64,000 nt of DNA from a virus. Where the stretch lies: IMG/VR virus record IMGVR_UViG_3300045995_000532, positions 38,679-102,678 of that record. The stretch is one strand, 5' to 3'. Every line of letters begins with the position of its first letter. Position 1 is the stretch's first letter. Under the pieces are notes generated by a model. The model saw only the letters and a list, made by a program, of their open reading frames with translations, ran no database searches and was not told where the DNA came from. Positions 9,201-17,849 of this stretch are shown here, one piece after another. Made by a program: the position numbers and the translations under genes.

Positions 9201-9701
9201 TCAGAAAGGAGGCTCCGAGTCGTTCGCCCACGGGTCAGCAGAGTCGTTCGCGTCCGCAGCGGTCGCGCGGGCGTCAACGATCGTGCAGTAGTAGCCGAGC
9301 GTGCCGTCCTTCTTCTTCTGCGGTGCCTGATGTGCAACAAGCACCTCGCAGACAAGCCCTTCAACGAGGTCGGTGTCGACGTCCTGGCCGACCTCCACCG
9401 GAGCGCCCTGCAGCGACTCGTACAGCACCTTCGCCACCGAGTCGGCCCGGGTGGACACCTTCGCGTCGGAGTCGACGTTGATGGTGTCCCCGGAACTGTC
9501 GCCGGCGGTGATCTTGAAGTTCCAGCGCCACTTGTCGAACGTCGCCTTCTGTCCCACACGGGCCGTGCCGTTCTTCACCGCGGCGTGATGGGCCTTGTAC
9601 TCGAACTCGACCTTTGTCTCCACCACGGACTCCAGGCGGGCGCGGAGCCAGCCCTCCTCGAAGTGGTATTCGGACTCTTCAACGACTGTTGCCTTGGCCA
9701 T
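9201..9701 (-). CDS. Putative single-stranded DNA-binding protein
   Basis: Acidic C-terminal tail DPWANDSEPPF; lies between a Sak4-like ATPase and the primase-helicase. Confidence 0.7.
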   Translation of the reverse strand: MAKATVVEESEYHFEEGWLRARLESVVETKVEFEYKAHHAAVKNGTARVGQKATFDKWRWNFKITAGDSSGDTINVDSDAKVSTRADSVAKVLYESLQGAPVEVGQDVDTDLVEGLVCEVLVAHQAPQKKKDGTLGYYCTIVDARATAADANDSADPWANDSEPPF

Positions 9702-9733
9702 GCGTTCCTCTTCCTACGTGCGTGATCGAACGG

Positions 9734-10945
9734 TCAGCTGAGCGCCTTCTTGCGGGCGGTCACCGCGCCGGTGTGCTCGTCGTGCCAGTCGGCCTTGTCC
9801 TTGTGAGCGATGTAGAAGTCCTTCAGTCCTTCAGGACCATCGATCGCCGTGATGGCCTTGATCCGCTCGAGGTAGTCGATCTCGTCGCTGGCGACCACCC
9901 CGCCGAGCTCTTCGGTCGTCAACGCGATCGCCTCGTAGTGAGCCAGTTCCCCCTCAGAGACAACCGGCTCGGCCGCGACAGCGGTGATGGCATCCTCTGC
10001 AGCGACCTGGGCGGCGATCGCAGCCTTCGGATCCTCCTTCTTCACGGCAGCCTTCTTGGCCGCCTTGCGCGGAACCTTCGTGGCGTCCGGCTCTACCGCA
10101 CCACCCTTGATGTCCGGGCCGGCGACGTCGGCAGCAACCTGGTCAGCAGGGGTCTGTTCGGTCACTACAGTGGCCTGGCCGTACTTCGCAGCCTGACCTG
10201 CCAGAGCGTCGGTGATCTGAGTGAAGTCGCTGGACTTGAACTCCACTGACGTCTCATCCAGCAGGCCCGCGGGGGAGCGCAGGATCGGGAACTTCGGTGA
10301 CGCACGCCAGGAGATCTTGCGGACAACCTTGCGCGAAGCCTGGGCCTTGGCCTTCTCGGCATCGCTCGCGTTATCGTCAACGCCGATGCCCCAGTCGGTG
10401 TGGATCCACCCAATGAAGGGAAACTCCTTGGGCAGGTCGATCTTCGTGCCGCCAATCAGGTCAGGCTCGTACTCCTGAGAGTCAAACTTGTCCTTGAGGT
10501 GCACGTTGACGATGACGTGCAACGGCAGTCGCTGGAGCTTGTCGAGGATGGTGGACATCGACGCCTTCAGGTCGCCCCACGCCTTAAAGCCATCCATGGA
10601 CGTCATGCCATCACGGCGCATGATGCCGTTGGCCACGTGAGCGGACAGGACGGAGAAGGTGTCCACCACGACCGTCTGGTACGGGAAACTCGGCCGCTGG
10701 GCCTGCAGGGCCAGGTAGTCGAGGGCCTCGTTGGCGGCCTTCTCGGAGGGGATCTCGATGTACGGCGTGCCGGTGATCGCCAGCGATGCGGCACCACCAC
10801 GGTCGGCCATCAGGAAGATGGGCGCGGGTGCCTGCGCGGCGAAGGGGGTCTTGCCAGACCCAGGCTGGCCAAACAGGAGGATTCGGTAGCGGTCCTGTCC
10901 GTCCAAGAACTGACTGAACGAGGCCGTCTTAATCGTTATCGGCAT
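9734..10945 (-). CDS. Sak4-like/AAA_24 phage recombination ATPase
   Basis: ILLFGQPGSGKT Walker A, TVVVDT Walker B, WG motif; low-complexity C-terminus. Confidence 0.85.
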   Translation of the reverse strand: MPITIKTASFSQFLDGQDRYRILLFGQPGSGKTPFAAQAPAPIFLMADRGGAASLAITGTPYIEIPSEKAANEALDYLALQAQRPSFPYQTVVVDTFSVLSAHVANGIMRRDGMTSMDGFKAWGDLKASMSTILDKLQRLPLHVIVNVHLKDKFDSQEYEPDLIGGTKIDLPKEFPFIGWIHTDWGIGVDDNASDAEKAKAQASRKVVRKISWRASPKFPILRSPAGLLDETSVEFKSSDFTQITDALAGQAAKYGQATVVTEQTPADQVAADVAGPDIKGGAVEPDATKVPRKAAKKAAVKKEDPKAAIAAQVAAEDAITAVAAEPVVSEGELAHYEAIALTTEELGGVVASDEIDYLERIKAITAIDGPEGLKDFYIAHKDKADWHDEHTGAVTARKKALS

Positions 10946-11825
10946 CGAGTTTCCCTTCGATTGATGTGCGCATGAGATAATCGACTGCATTTAGTAGGAA
11001 ATCGGCACTATCTCGAAACCCGCCCAGCGCCCTGTTACACGCTCCGCAGAGCAGGCCCCGCACGTACCCGGAAGTGTGGTCGTGGTCGATTGAAAGACGG
11101 CGGTCGTCCTCAACTCCAGAGCAGATGGCGCAGACACCATTTTGGTCGGCGAGCAGCACATTGTATTCATCAGGGGTTATGTTGTATAACGCCATGATGT
11201 AGTTTGACCGAATCTGATCGCGCAGGTCCGGATCATCGCGATACTTCTCACGTCGCTTCTTCCGTCGGTCCGATGCCCATTCCGGGTCAATTCGTGACTT
11301 GTGGGCTTTCCAATCCGCGTGCTGAGCCCTCATGTAGTCTCCGTAGTCACGGTCGGCTACCCTGCGCTTAGTCCGAAAACAGGAGACGCACAGTTCCGTC
11401 GCGCTTGAGTATTGTCGACGCTCCGGGTGGCATGTCGAAGCAATCAGACTTACGCGCACCTTGGCCAGATCCCCTGGCACGTGACTTTCTTGACCGTATG
11501 CTCTTCGTGGGCGGCCGTGAGTTCTTCGATACTCCGCGCCTATGGCGCGCTGCCGAAGAACAAAGTCAGGATCCTGTCGGCGCCTCGCCCTGTAGCAAGG
11601 CTGACATAACCCCTCGCCAGTAACCTTGGCGCGCTCAGGGTGGCAAGTTGCCCGGGGTGACGTCTTCCGGCGAGCTCGCTCAAGTTCAGCGAAGACCGGA
11701 TCGTCACGCCGGCGCCTAGCTACATAACACGACTGACATAGCCCGTCACCAGTAACCCTCGCCCGCAGCGGGTGGCATGTCGCGCGAGGAGGAGACGACC
11801 TTGCGACATCAAGCTTCGCTGTCAT
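10929..11825 (-). CDS. Endonuclease VII-like (probable homing) endonuclease with three N-terminal CHP...CxxC repeats
   Basis: QNGVCAIC...IDHDHTSGYVRGLLCGACNRALG EndoVII signature; more AT-rich than flanks. Confidence 0.9.
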   Translation of the reverse strand: MTAKLDVARSSPPRATCHPLRARVTGDGLCQSCYVARRRRDDPVFAELERARRKTSPRATCHPERAKVTGEGLCQPCYRARRRQDPDFVLRQRAIGAEYRRTHGRPRRAYGQESHVPGDLAKVRVSLIASTCHPERRQYSSATELCVSCFRTKRRVADRDYGDYMRAQHADWKAHKSRIDPEWASDRRKKRREKYRDDPDLRDQIRSNYIMALYNITPDEYNVLLADQNGVCAICSGVEDDRRLSIDHDHTSGYVRGLLCGACNRALGGFRDSADFLLNAVDYLMRTSIEGKLDADND

Positions 11826-12040
11826 GCGATGTCTCCGTTGGTTGCCTTGGGATACTTCTTCCGCGGGTGCGTCTTCCGGTACTCGAGCACCCATGCCGCC
11901 TGGTAGGCCCGCATCTGCTGCGCATACACGGGGTCATCCCGGCGCCGGCGGGCGTTGTAGCAGGACGGGCACAGTCCGTCCCGCGTCACCTGCGCTCGTG
12001 ACGGATGGCAGGTCGCCCTGGGGGCGTTCGCTCTAGCCAT
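11822..12040 (-). CDS. Small protein consisting of one CHP...CxxC repeat
   Basis: RATCHPSRAQVTRDGLCPSCYNARRRRDDP matches the repeats in the downstream endonuclease; AAGGAG RBS, ATGA coupling. Confidence 0.75.
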   Translation of the reverse strand: MARANAPRATCHPSRAQVTRDGLCPSCYNARRRRDDPVYAQQMRAYQAAWVLEYRKTHPRKKYPKATNGDIA

Positions 12041-12046
12041 GGGTAT

Positions 12047-12304
12047 TTACGGCTCCTTTTCGATAACCCCGATGCGCCGCAGATCGGCAACAAGATTCAG
12101 ATGAGCCCGATGGTCCGATGGGCCGAAGTGAGTTCCCACCGTGCCGTTGCCGTCCTCGCCGTAAATGACGACCCCGCACTTGGTCTTACGCATCCGAACT
12201 CCACAGTCGAGAAGCCCCTTCAGGAGTTCCTTCGATTGCTCAGGCAGGCCCGACCGGGCGATCAGTCGGCTCAGGTCCGGCCTAGGCGGGGGCATCTGGC
12301 TCAC
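12047..12304 (-). CDS. Small protein, possible HicA-like fold
   Basis: H.GPSDHRA..N..ADLRR.G C-terminal pattern. Confidence 0.45.
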   Translation of the reverse strand: MSQMPPPRPDLSRLIARSGLPEQSKELLKGLLDCGVRMRKTKCGVVIYGEDGNGTVGTHFGPSDHRAHLNLVADLRRIGVIEKEP

Positions 12305-13028
12305 TGATCCGGTCAATCTCGTCGACGAGGCAGGCGATAGCCTTCTCGAGGTCATGCACGCTGGCTGCATGCCACAGGTAAGTCAGCGCGTTCCCGCAGT
12401 TGAAGTTCCAGTGCCGGGCGATCTGGACGCACTCCACACCAGGACCGCCCGTCCACTGGGATCCGCTGGGGCCCATCACGTCCGCCACCGCAAGCGCCAG
12501 GCGCGCCTCGTCGTCTGCGACCTGAGCCGTGTAAGCCGAAGCGTCCGCCTCGGCCCACGCGTCCGATTCGTTGCGAGCTTGCAGTGCGCTGGTCACACGG
12601 CTCACCGGTGTGTCCGCGACAGCGCGGATGAGCTCCCTGGTATTGAGCAGCACCTGTGCAGTCATAAGCTGGTTGACTGCGCGGAAATCATCGAGGTAGC
12701 CGGCCTGAAGCCCAAGCGCGGCGGCCACGCTCAGTTCGGCGACCGATCGAGCGTCATCCTCCCAGCCGGGCAGCAGGCATATGGCCTCCGCATGGGCAGC
12801 GATCCAGGCCACATCCTCACCGAGCGACTCGCGTGCACTAAAGCGATGCGTGCCGTCGGCGAGTTCCTCGAAGGACACCCCTTCGGGCAGGATTCCGCGA
12901 TCCAAGTCCCGCTCGACAGGCTCGAACACGTCATGCCCCCAGTCGCAGAGCACACTGAAAGCCGTCGTGGATGCAGGGAAGTTGAACCGGGGGACACCGA
13001 CCATGGGGCCGGAGATGAAGATCCTCAT
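12282..13028 (-). CDS. DUF4406/nucleoside-deoxyribosyltransferase-like domain fused to a degenerate DUF3310-like domain
   Basis: IFISGPM.G.P.FNFPA...LPGWE.; C-terminal VECVQIA..FN.GNAL.YLW...DLEKA. Confidence 0.7.
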   Translation of the reverse strand: MRIFISGPMVGVPRFNFPASTTAFSVLCDWGHDVFEPVERDLDRGILPEGVSFEELADGTHRFSARESLGEDVAWIAAHAEAICLLPGWEDDARSVAELSVAAALGLQAGYLDDFRAVNQLMTAQVLLNTRELIRAVADTPVSRVTSALQARNESDAWAEADASAYTAQVADDEARLALAVADVMGPSGSQWTGGPGVECVQIARHWNFNCGNALTYLWHAASVHDLEKAIACLVDEIDRISEPDAPA

Positions 13029-13948
13029 CAGTCGTCAACACCTTCCTGGAAGTCGGGCAGTGGGGCCTGGCCGCAGACGTCCCGCCAGGCGCAGAAGTTG
13101 CACTTCTTGGTGTCCGTCGTCATGGGATGCACGCCGGCGCGCTGAGCGCGGATGTACTCACGGATGTGCACCATGAGGCGGCGGTAGTGAGCCTCAGTGC
13201 GCTGACCGGTGTTGTGGGCCTTGAACTCGCCGTTGCGGATCGCCAGCCACCTGCCGGCACGTCCCATCGGCGGATGATCTTCGGGGGTTCCGCCCCACAT
13301 ACTCAGCCCCTTGGACTCGACACGGTCCATAAGGTCGTAGAACGACGGCATGGCCAGGAAGTCCGTCCAGAACGCATCTTGCAAGGACGCGTAGGAGTAG
13401 ACGGTCCATTGGTTCGCGTATTGGAGATGGTCAGGCCGAAGGCCCGTTTTTAGGTCATCTACTGAGAGGTACGGAATGCCATAGTTGAAGCGAATCCCGA
13501 GGCGGTCCACGGTGCCGTGCAAGGTGTGGTCTTCGCCGTCGATCCTCAGTGGCACGTTGAAGGTGTGCTCGACGCCGAGCAGGACGAACTTGTCGTGACG
13601 GATCCACTCCGCGGCCGCCTTGATACCCGCCCTGCCCTGAGCAAGATCCAAGGCCCAGGTGTGCCCGCGCACCCACTCGTTGGGGAACCCTTCACTGATC
13701 TCTGCGGCGTGCTCAGGGGACCAGTAGTGCTCGAAGGTCGCCAAGGCCACCTTCTCAGCGTCCTCGCGGCCCTCATGGTGAAGCTGCTGGAAGATCTGCA
13801 TGGCGTAGTGGATGTGGGTGCCGAGGATCGTCGCCGACAACCTGGCCGGCTCGATGCCGTTGGCGCGGCCGAGGATGTCATAGTGCTGGCGCGCCGCACA
13901 ATACGAGAAGGACGACAGTGAACTCTGGCGGATGAGGATTCGACTCAC
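13028..13948 (-). CDS. Cas4/RecB-like PD-(D/E)xK exonuclease
   Basis: QSSL...C, GTHIH, GTVDRL, VDDLKTG, Q...Y, C-terminal CNFCAWRDVC Fe-S ligands. Confidence 0.9.
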   Translation of the reverse strand: MSRILIRQSSLSSFSYCAARQHYDILGRANGIEPARLSATILGTHIHYAMQIFQQLHHEGREDAEKVALATFEHYWSPEHAAEISEGFPNEWVRGHTWALDLAQGRAGIKAAAEWIRHDKFVLLGVEHTFNVPLRIDGEDHTLHGTVDRLGIRFNYGIPYLSVDDLKTGLRPDHLQYANQWTVYSYASLQDAFWTDFLAMPSFYDLMDRVESKGLSMWGGTPEDHPPMGRAGRWLAIRNGEFKAHNTGQRTEAHYRRLMVHIREYIRAQRAGVHPMTTDTKKCNFCAWRDVCGQAPLPDFQEGVDD

Positions 13949-14307
13949 GCCCCCCCGGTGGCATGCGCATTGCGCTTGCGCAGGCAAACCTCGACGGAAT
14001 CGGGGATGACGTCCTGCCTGCTGGTTTCACCGGCCATCGCATGCAGTTCGCACGGCCGACGGCCCCACCAACCGTGGTTGCGGCAGCTCGGGTCATCACC
14101 CTCCTGATGAGCACAGGAACAGCACCAGCAGTTGGTGCGCTGCACCATGGACCACGACGTCGTAGTGAGGTGTCGTTGCTCGATGACACCGTCATCCCAG
14201 CGCACCTCGTCCCACTCCATGACCCCGGTCGCGGCGTCGTAGTGGTAGGCGGTGCGCTGGGATGGCTGGGGGTTGATGTTCGCCTTGTTGTAGGCGATGA
14301 CGTTCAC
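13945..14307 (-). CDS. Hypothetical Cys/His-rich protein
   Basis: CWCCSC...CRNH...CELH; GTGA coupling. Confidence 0.6.
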   Translation of the reverse strand: MNVIAYNKANINPQPSQRTAYHYDAATGVMEWDEVRWDDGVIEQRHLTTTSWSMVQRTNCWCCSCAHQEGDDPSCRNHGWWGRRPCELHAMAGETSRQDVIPDSVEVCLRKRNAHATGGA

Positions 14308-14594
14308 CACTCCACCCTGGACAGCAGAACGTGCCAGCCCGCGCACAGCGGATGCCTGCAGGTGGGGAACCTGTCCTTGTGGTCGACGTCACGATGCCAC
14401 TGGGTGAGGACGGCCTCGAACTCGACAAATGGGGAGAAATCCGCGGGCTCCACCACGGTGGACAGGCGGTCCTCGAGGATGTCCATCGCCGTGTTGATCG
14501 CGCCGGCGCCGATGGGGTTCGACGGGTACTGCTCAGCGAGGAACTCGGCCAGGCGTGAAACCTGAGACTCGAGCGTCTCGTGGGTGGTGGGCAT
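14304..14594 (-). CDS. Hypothetical protein, first gene of the leftward replication operon
   Basis: AAGGAG RBS; followed by coupled genes. Confidence 0.7.
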   Translation of the reverse strand: MPTTHETLESQVSRLAEFLAEQYPSNPIGAGAINTAMDILEDRLSTVVEPADFSPFVEFEAVLTQWHRDVDHKDRFPTCRHPLCAGWHVLLSRVEW

Positions 14595-14787
14595 CCGTCT
14601 CCTTCCATGGGTACAAAAAGAGGGCGGCACCCACACCGCGGCCGAGGCCGTTCGTTGGATGCCGCCCTTGGCTCTTCAGCTCTGGGGGCCGTGGGAACCT
14701 CGTGGTTCGCCGCCGGCGACCTACTGCTCAGGTCGTGATGAAGTTGTGGTCTGTACCGTAGCTCCCGCCTCCGACGCTCTTCGGCCG

Positions 14788-14817
14788 CGACGTTCTGACG
14801 GGTCGGTCAGGGCGCCG
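14788..14817 (+). promoter_or_regulatory. 11-8-11 imperfect palindrome, copy A
   Basis: CGACGTTCTGA-CGGGTCGG-TCAGGGCGCCG; recurs in other intergenic regions. Confidence 0.7.
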
Positions 14818-14962
14818 TCTGGTCATAGCGGACGAACCACTCTGCGCGACCGGCCACAACGTCTCACCCGGTCACCACTATTCCCTCCGCCTGCCTTCAG
14901 GGTCATCTTGTGGGGAGACACCGCATCGCAGGGGTGACAGGAACGAACAGGAGCTGGTTGAC

Positions 14963-15208
14963 GTGGTGGGCACCAACGAAAACCCGGTCAAGTCGGACAA
15001 TTCAGCCGAGCGTGAGATCAACTCACTCGGCGTCGCACTCCTCGGGAATGCCGAAACCGCGAACTTGCGGCGCATCTCGATGTTCAACCTCCGGGCTGGC
15101 ATCGAGGCTATCCGCGGATCGTACGGCGGCCAGCTCGTCATCGTGGCCCCGCACAAGCCGGGGGATCCGATCGAGTTCATCTACGACGGCATGGCGACCC
15201 GCCGATAA
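14963..15208 (+). CDS. Hypothetical protein (rightward)
   Basis: AGGAG RBS; good codon bias. Confidence 0.65.
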   Translation: MVGTNENPVKSDNSAEREINSLGVALLGNAETANLRRISMFNLRAGIEAIRGSYGGQLVIVAPHKPGDPIEFIYDGMATRR

Positions 15209-15210
15209 CC

Positions 15211-15492
15211 ATGAGGATCTCCTTGATCGCCGACCTCGACGACGGCACACGTGAGTACGCCACCACGGTGACCTACTGGGATCTGAGCCGCAACGAGCTC
15301 GGTCAGTTCGCCGCCATGCTCGCCGTGCGCCTCGCCGATGAGCTGCTCATCCCGCACACAGACCATGACAGCGCGAAGGCCATGACTTGGGAGTCACGGC
15401 CTTGGCACTGCGTCACCTCTGACAGTGGATGCACTCACAGTTCTACCAGCGCAGACGACCCTGTCAAGCCGAACGGGCCCCACCCGACTTGA
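15211..15492 (+). CDS. Hypothetical protein (rightward)
   Basis: Starts immediately after the previous stop; converges on the late operon. Confidence 0.55.
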   Translation: MRISLIADLDDGTREYATTVTYWDLSRNELGQFAAMLAVRLADELLIPHTDHDSAKAMTWESRPWHCVTSDSGCTHSSTSADDPVKPNGPHPT

Positions 15493-15718
15493 TGAACCCC
15501 ACCGGCGCCGTGTCGGGGTCAACCTCCCACGCGATGCCCGCCAGGACGGCCCCCTCGAACGTGGCGTAGCACCAGAACCGGCCGATCGCCCGGAGGTCAT
15601 CCACGGGCACCTCCACGAGGCGGAACAGGTACTGGGGGCGCACCTGCACCTGGTAACCGGCCGCGGTCTTCACGATCCACCCACCAGAGATCTTGACCAG
15701 CTCGGGGGGAAGAATCAT
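15464..15718 (-). CDS. Hypothetical protein, last gene of the tail operon
   Basis: ATGA-coupled start. Confidence 0.65.
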   Translation of the reverse strand: MILPPELVKISGGWIVKTAAGYQVQVRPQYLFRLVEVPVDDLRAIGRFWCYATFEGAVLAGIAWEVDPDTAPVGFIKSGGARSA

Positions 15719-16104
15719 ACGAAATATCCCTGGTTCGTCGTCGAGCCCTGTCCGCCGAACGTGGTGTACGCCAAGACGCAGTCCGTCACGAAGACGAAGC
15801 ATCCACTACCGGTCATCAGGTTGAACCATCCCTCGTTACCAGTGAGACCCGCCGCCTCTGCGCTGTTGAACCGGACCGCGGTCTTCAGCGTGTGAATCCC
15901 GGCGACATTGGGGAGCACCAAGAGTTCCGACTCCCCATACGCCCACCCGAAGCACCGTCCGGTGAAGATCCCGATCGTCACGGCGTCGATCACCTGTCCA
16001 GGATCGAACGTGTTGCCCTTCGTGCTGCTTGTCTCGACTCGGATCGTCAGATCAAAGACGAGGCCCGCCTTCGGGTCGAAAGGGGGAAGCGAAAGGCGAA
16101 TCAT
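15715..16104 (-). CDS. Putative minor tail/virion protein B' (paralog of 17156-17536)
   Basis: Shares LP.FDPK..L.FD, GLTG.EGWF.L, VFVTDC and NQGYF with 17156-17536. Confidence 0.75.
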   Translation of the reverse strand: MIRLSLPPFDPKAGLVFDLTIRVETSSTKGNTFDPGQVIDAVTIGIFTGRCFGWAYGESELLVLPNVAGIHTLKTAVRFNSAEAAGLTGNEGWFNLMTGSGCFVFVTDCVLAYTTFGGQGSTTNQGYFV

Positions 16105-17159
16105 CCCAGCCCTCCGACGCCTACGCGCTCAACAAACCTGTAGCGCGAAGGCAGAACCTCGATCGTACAAGTAATCTTCTTAACAGTAGCCGTCTGGTAG
16201 ATGGTCGTATCGTTCGTAACCTCTCCAATCTGTTGATTCTGCCCAGTATAGATTTCGCTGCCGACAACCGCCAATGTGATCGGCCAATGATCTGTAGAGA
16301 ATGTCGATGTCACCCATCCTGTATCTTGCCCGACGTGACCCCCCGCAAGTTCACCGCCCAAGGCCTGTGCCCGGACGATGCCAGACCTGAACAATGCGCT
16401 CGATTGCGGGTGATGGGCATCGGCTTCGCTTGTGTTGCGCATATAGGGCAGCGATGGTAGCTCGACCAGGTAGGCAAGGTCCGGCTCCGCGAGCGGCACA
16501 ATGCCTGCATAGTTGTAAGCATCGGAGTTCGCTTCCCATTCGACCGTAACACTGACTGGCGAAAGGTTAGTTCCGTATCCGTTTCCCTCGTATTCGACGT
16601 CGCAGCCATCGGGGCGCGTCGTCGGGCCAATGGCATAAACGCCAGCCGCGTCTAGGCTTTCACTTCCAAACTGGAAGTACGAGACCTGCCCTGAACTCGT
16701 AAAGAGCGTAGGAGAACCGTCGGGTTGCCACGTATAGGCCCCAAAGTGGCTTGCGGTCCGGAGTGGCCCGCCATCCCATTGCGTCGGGATTCGCCCCGAT
16801 TCATCCATAGAGAGAAAATTGAAGCCGCGGGCCGTGATGTCCTCGAAGGAGGCAAGCCCTAACGAATTGGCCGGAACATATCCCTCCCACCAGAACATGC
16901 GGAATCTCCCTGACAAGTATGACGCTGTCACGGGTGGTGGCTGCACCCAGGGCGAACCACTCGTCAGTGCTATACCCCTGGACTCATCCGCACCCAACGC
17001 GCTGTAGGGCCAGGAGCCAACTTCGTATGGACCGTCCGCTGCACGGCTCGTGGGGGCTGCCCCGTCCACGTCGTGGAGGCCATCCTTGAACGGGTAGGCG
17101 AGGTTCAGGACGTGCGGGCCCTTGACGGACTGGAGGATCGACGGGCGGTACCTGGTCAC
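16101..17159 (-). CDS. Putative minor tail/receptor-binding protein A' (N-terminus paralogous to 17533-17751, plus ~280-aa extension)
   Basis: YRP...QS...A.PFKDG...Y...W.Y...D.R.G shared N-terminus; AT-richer extension. Confidence 0.7.
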   Translation of the reverse strand: MTRYRPSILQSVKGPHVLNLAYPFKDGLHDVDGAAPTSRAADGPYEVGSWPYSALGADESRGIALTSGSPWVQPPPVTASYLSGRFRMFWWEGYVPANSLGLASFEDITARGFNFLSMDESGRIPTQWDGGPLRTASHFGAYTWQPDGSPTLFTSSGQVSYFQFGSESLDAAGVYAIGPTTRPDGCDVEYEGNGYGTNLSPVSVTVEWEANSDAYNYAGIVPLAEPDLAYLVELPSLPYMRNTSEADAHHPQSSALFRSGIVRAQALGGELAGGHVGQDTGWVTSTFSTDHWPITLAVVGSEIYTGQNQQIGEVTNDTTIYQTATVKKITCTIEVLPSRYRFVERVGVGGLG

Positions 17160-17536
17160 GAGAAGTACCCCTGGTTCACGGGAGCTCCCTGCGCACTGGC
17201 GGGCGCATAGGTCACGATGCAGTCGGTGACGAACACATAGGTGCTCGCGAGTGCAGTGAGGCGAAACCACCCCTCCCCGCCCGTCAGGCCGACGGACTCG
17301 GGAAGGGTGAACCGCGCCTGGGTCCGGAAGGAGAAACCGCCGGACTCAGGCGCAATGACGGCGTCCACGCTGGCGATGGCCCAGCCAACGAAGTCCCCGG
17401 CCCAGAGTTCGACGTTGAACGCGTTGAAGGCGCCGCCTGGTTGGACGCCCGCCGACCCACCGACCCGGGCGAAGCACACGAAGTCGAAGGCGAGCGGCTG
17501 CTTCGGGTCGAAACTCGGCAATAGAGCCTTAATCAT
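17156..17536 (-). CDS. Putative minor tail/virion protein B
   Basis: Paralog of 15715-16104. Confidence 0.75.
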   Translation of the reverse strand: MIKALLPSFDPKQPLAFDFVCFARVGGSAGVQPGGAFNAFNVELWAGDFVGWAIASVDAVIAPESGGFSFRTQARFTLPESVGLTGGEGWFRLTALASTYVFVTDCIVTYAPASAQGAPVNQGYFS

Positions 17537-17751
17537 GAGTTTTGCGGCTCGGAATAGAAAGTGACGAAGACGCCCGACCGAGGGTCGTCGCTGAAAGGGC
17601 GATATGCCCAGTCGGCAGGAGTGTAGGCGCCGTACTGAGCCTGGGTCACAGGTCCGTAGCCGGAATTATTTCCGTCCTTGAACGGCACTGCCACGGTGAT
17701 GTTCTTGGCGTCGGCGATGGACTGCTCAACCGCGGGGCGGTAGGTCGCCAT
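17533..17751 (-). CDS. Putative minor tail/virion protein A (72 aa)
   Basis: MATYRPAVEQS...PFKDG; coupled at both ends. Confidence 0.7.
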   Translation of the reverse strand: MATYRPAVEQSIADAKNITVAVPFKDGNNSGYGPVTQAQYGAYTPADWAYRPFSDDPRSGVFVTFYSEPQNS

Positions 17752-17849
17752 CAGGGCACGAGTTCGCTCGGGATGGATGCGCCCAACCCGTTTACCGCCA
17801 GCACCTGGATGGCAGTGGCGCCCACAACTGGGACCGTGTACGCGCTCAT
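17751..17849 (-). CDS. 32-aa mini-ORF resembling the C-terminal strands of an FN3 domain
   Basis: MSAYTVPVVGATAIQVLAVNGLGASIPSELVP; ATGA and TGATG coupling; similar to ...TVPAGLVAARVVAVNTLGESVPA of the upstream gene. Confidence 0.55.
   Translation of the reverse strand: MSAYTVPVVGATAIQVLAVNGLGASIPSELVP

Noticed and set aside
13028-13948. Cas4-like gene as evidence of CRISPR-Cas
   Set aside because: Solo phage exonuclease in a recombination module; no cas1/cas2 and no repeat-spacer array seen
14600-14960. tRNA or structured ncRNA in the intergenic gap
   Set aside because: No cloverleaf or T-loop consensus found by eye; better explained as a divergent promoter region
15715-17751. Diversity-generating retroelement or shufflon behind the duplicated tail genes
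   Set aside because: Similarity is at the protein level, with no adenine-specific TR/VR pair, and no reverse transcriptase or invertase in the window
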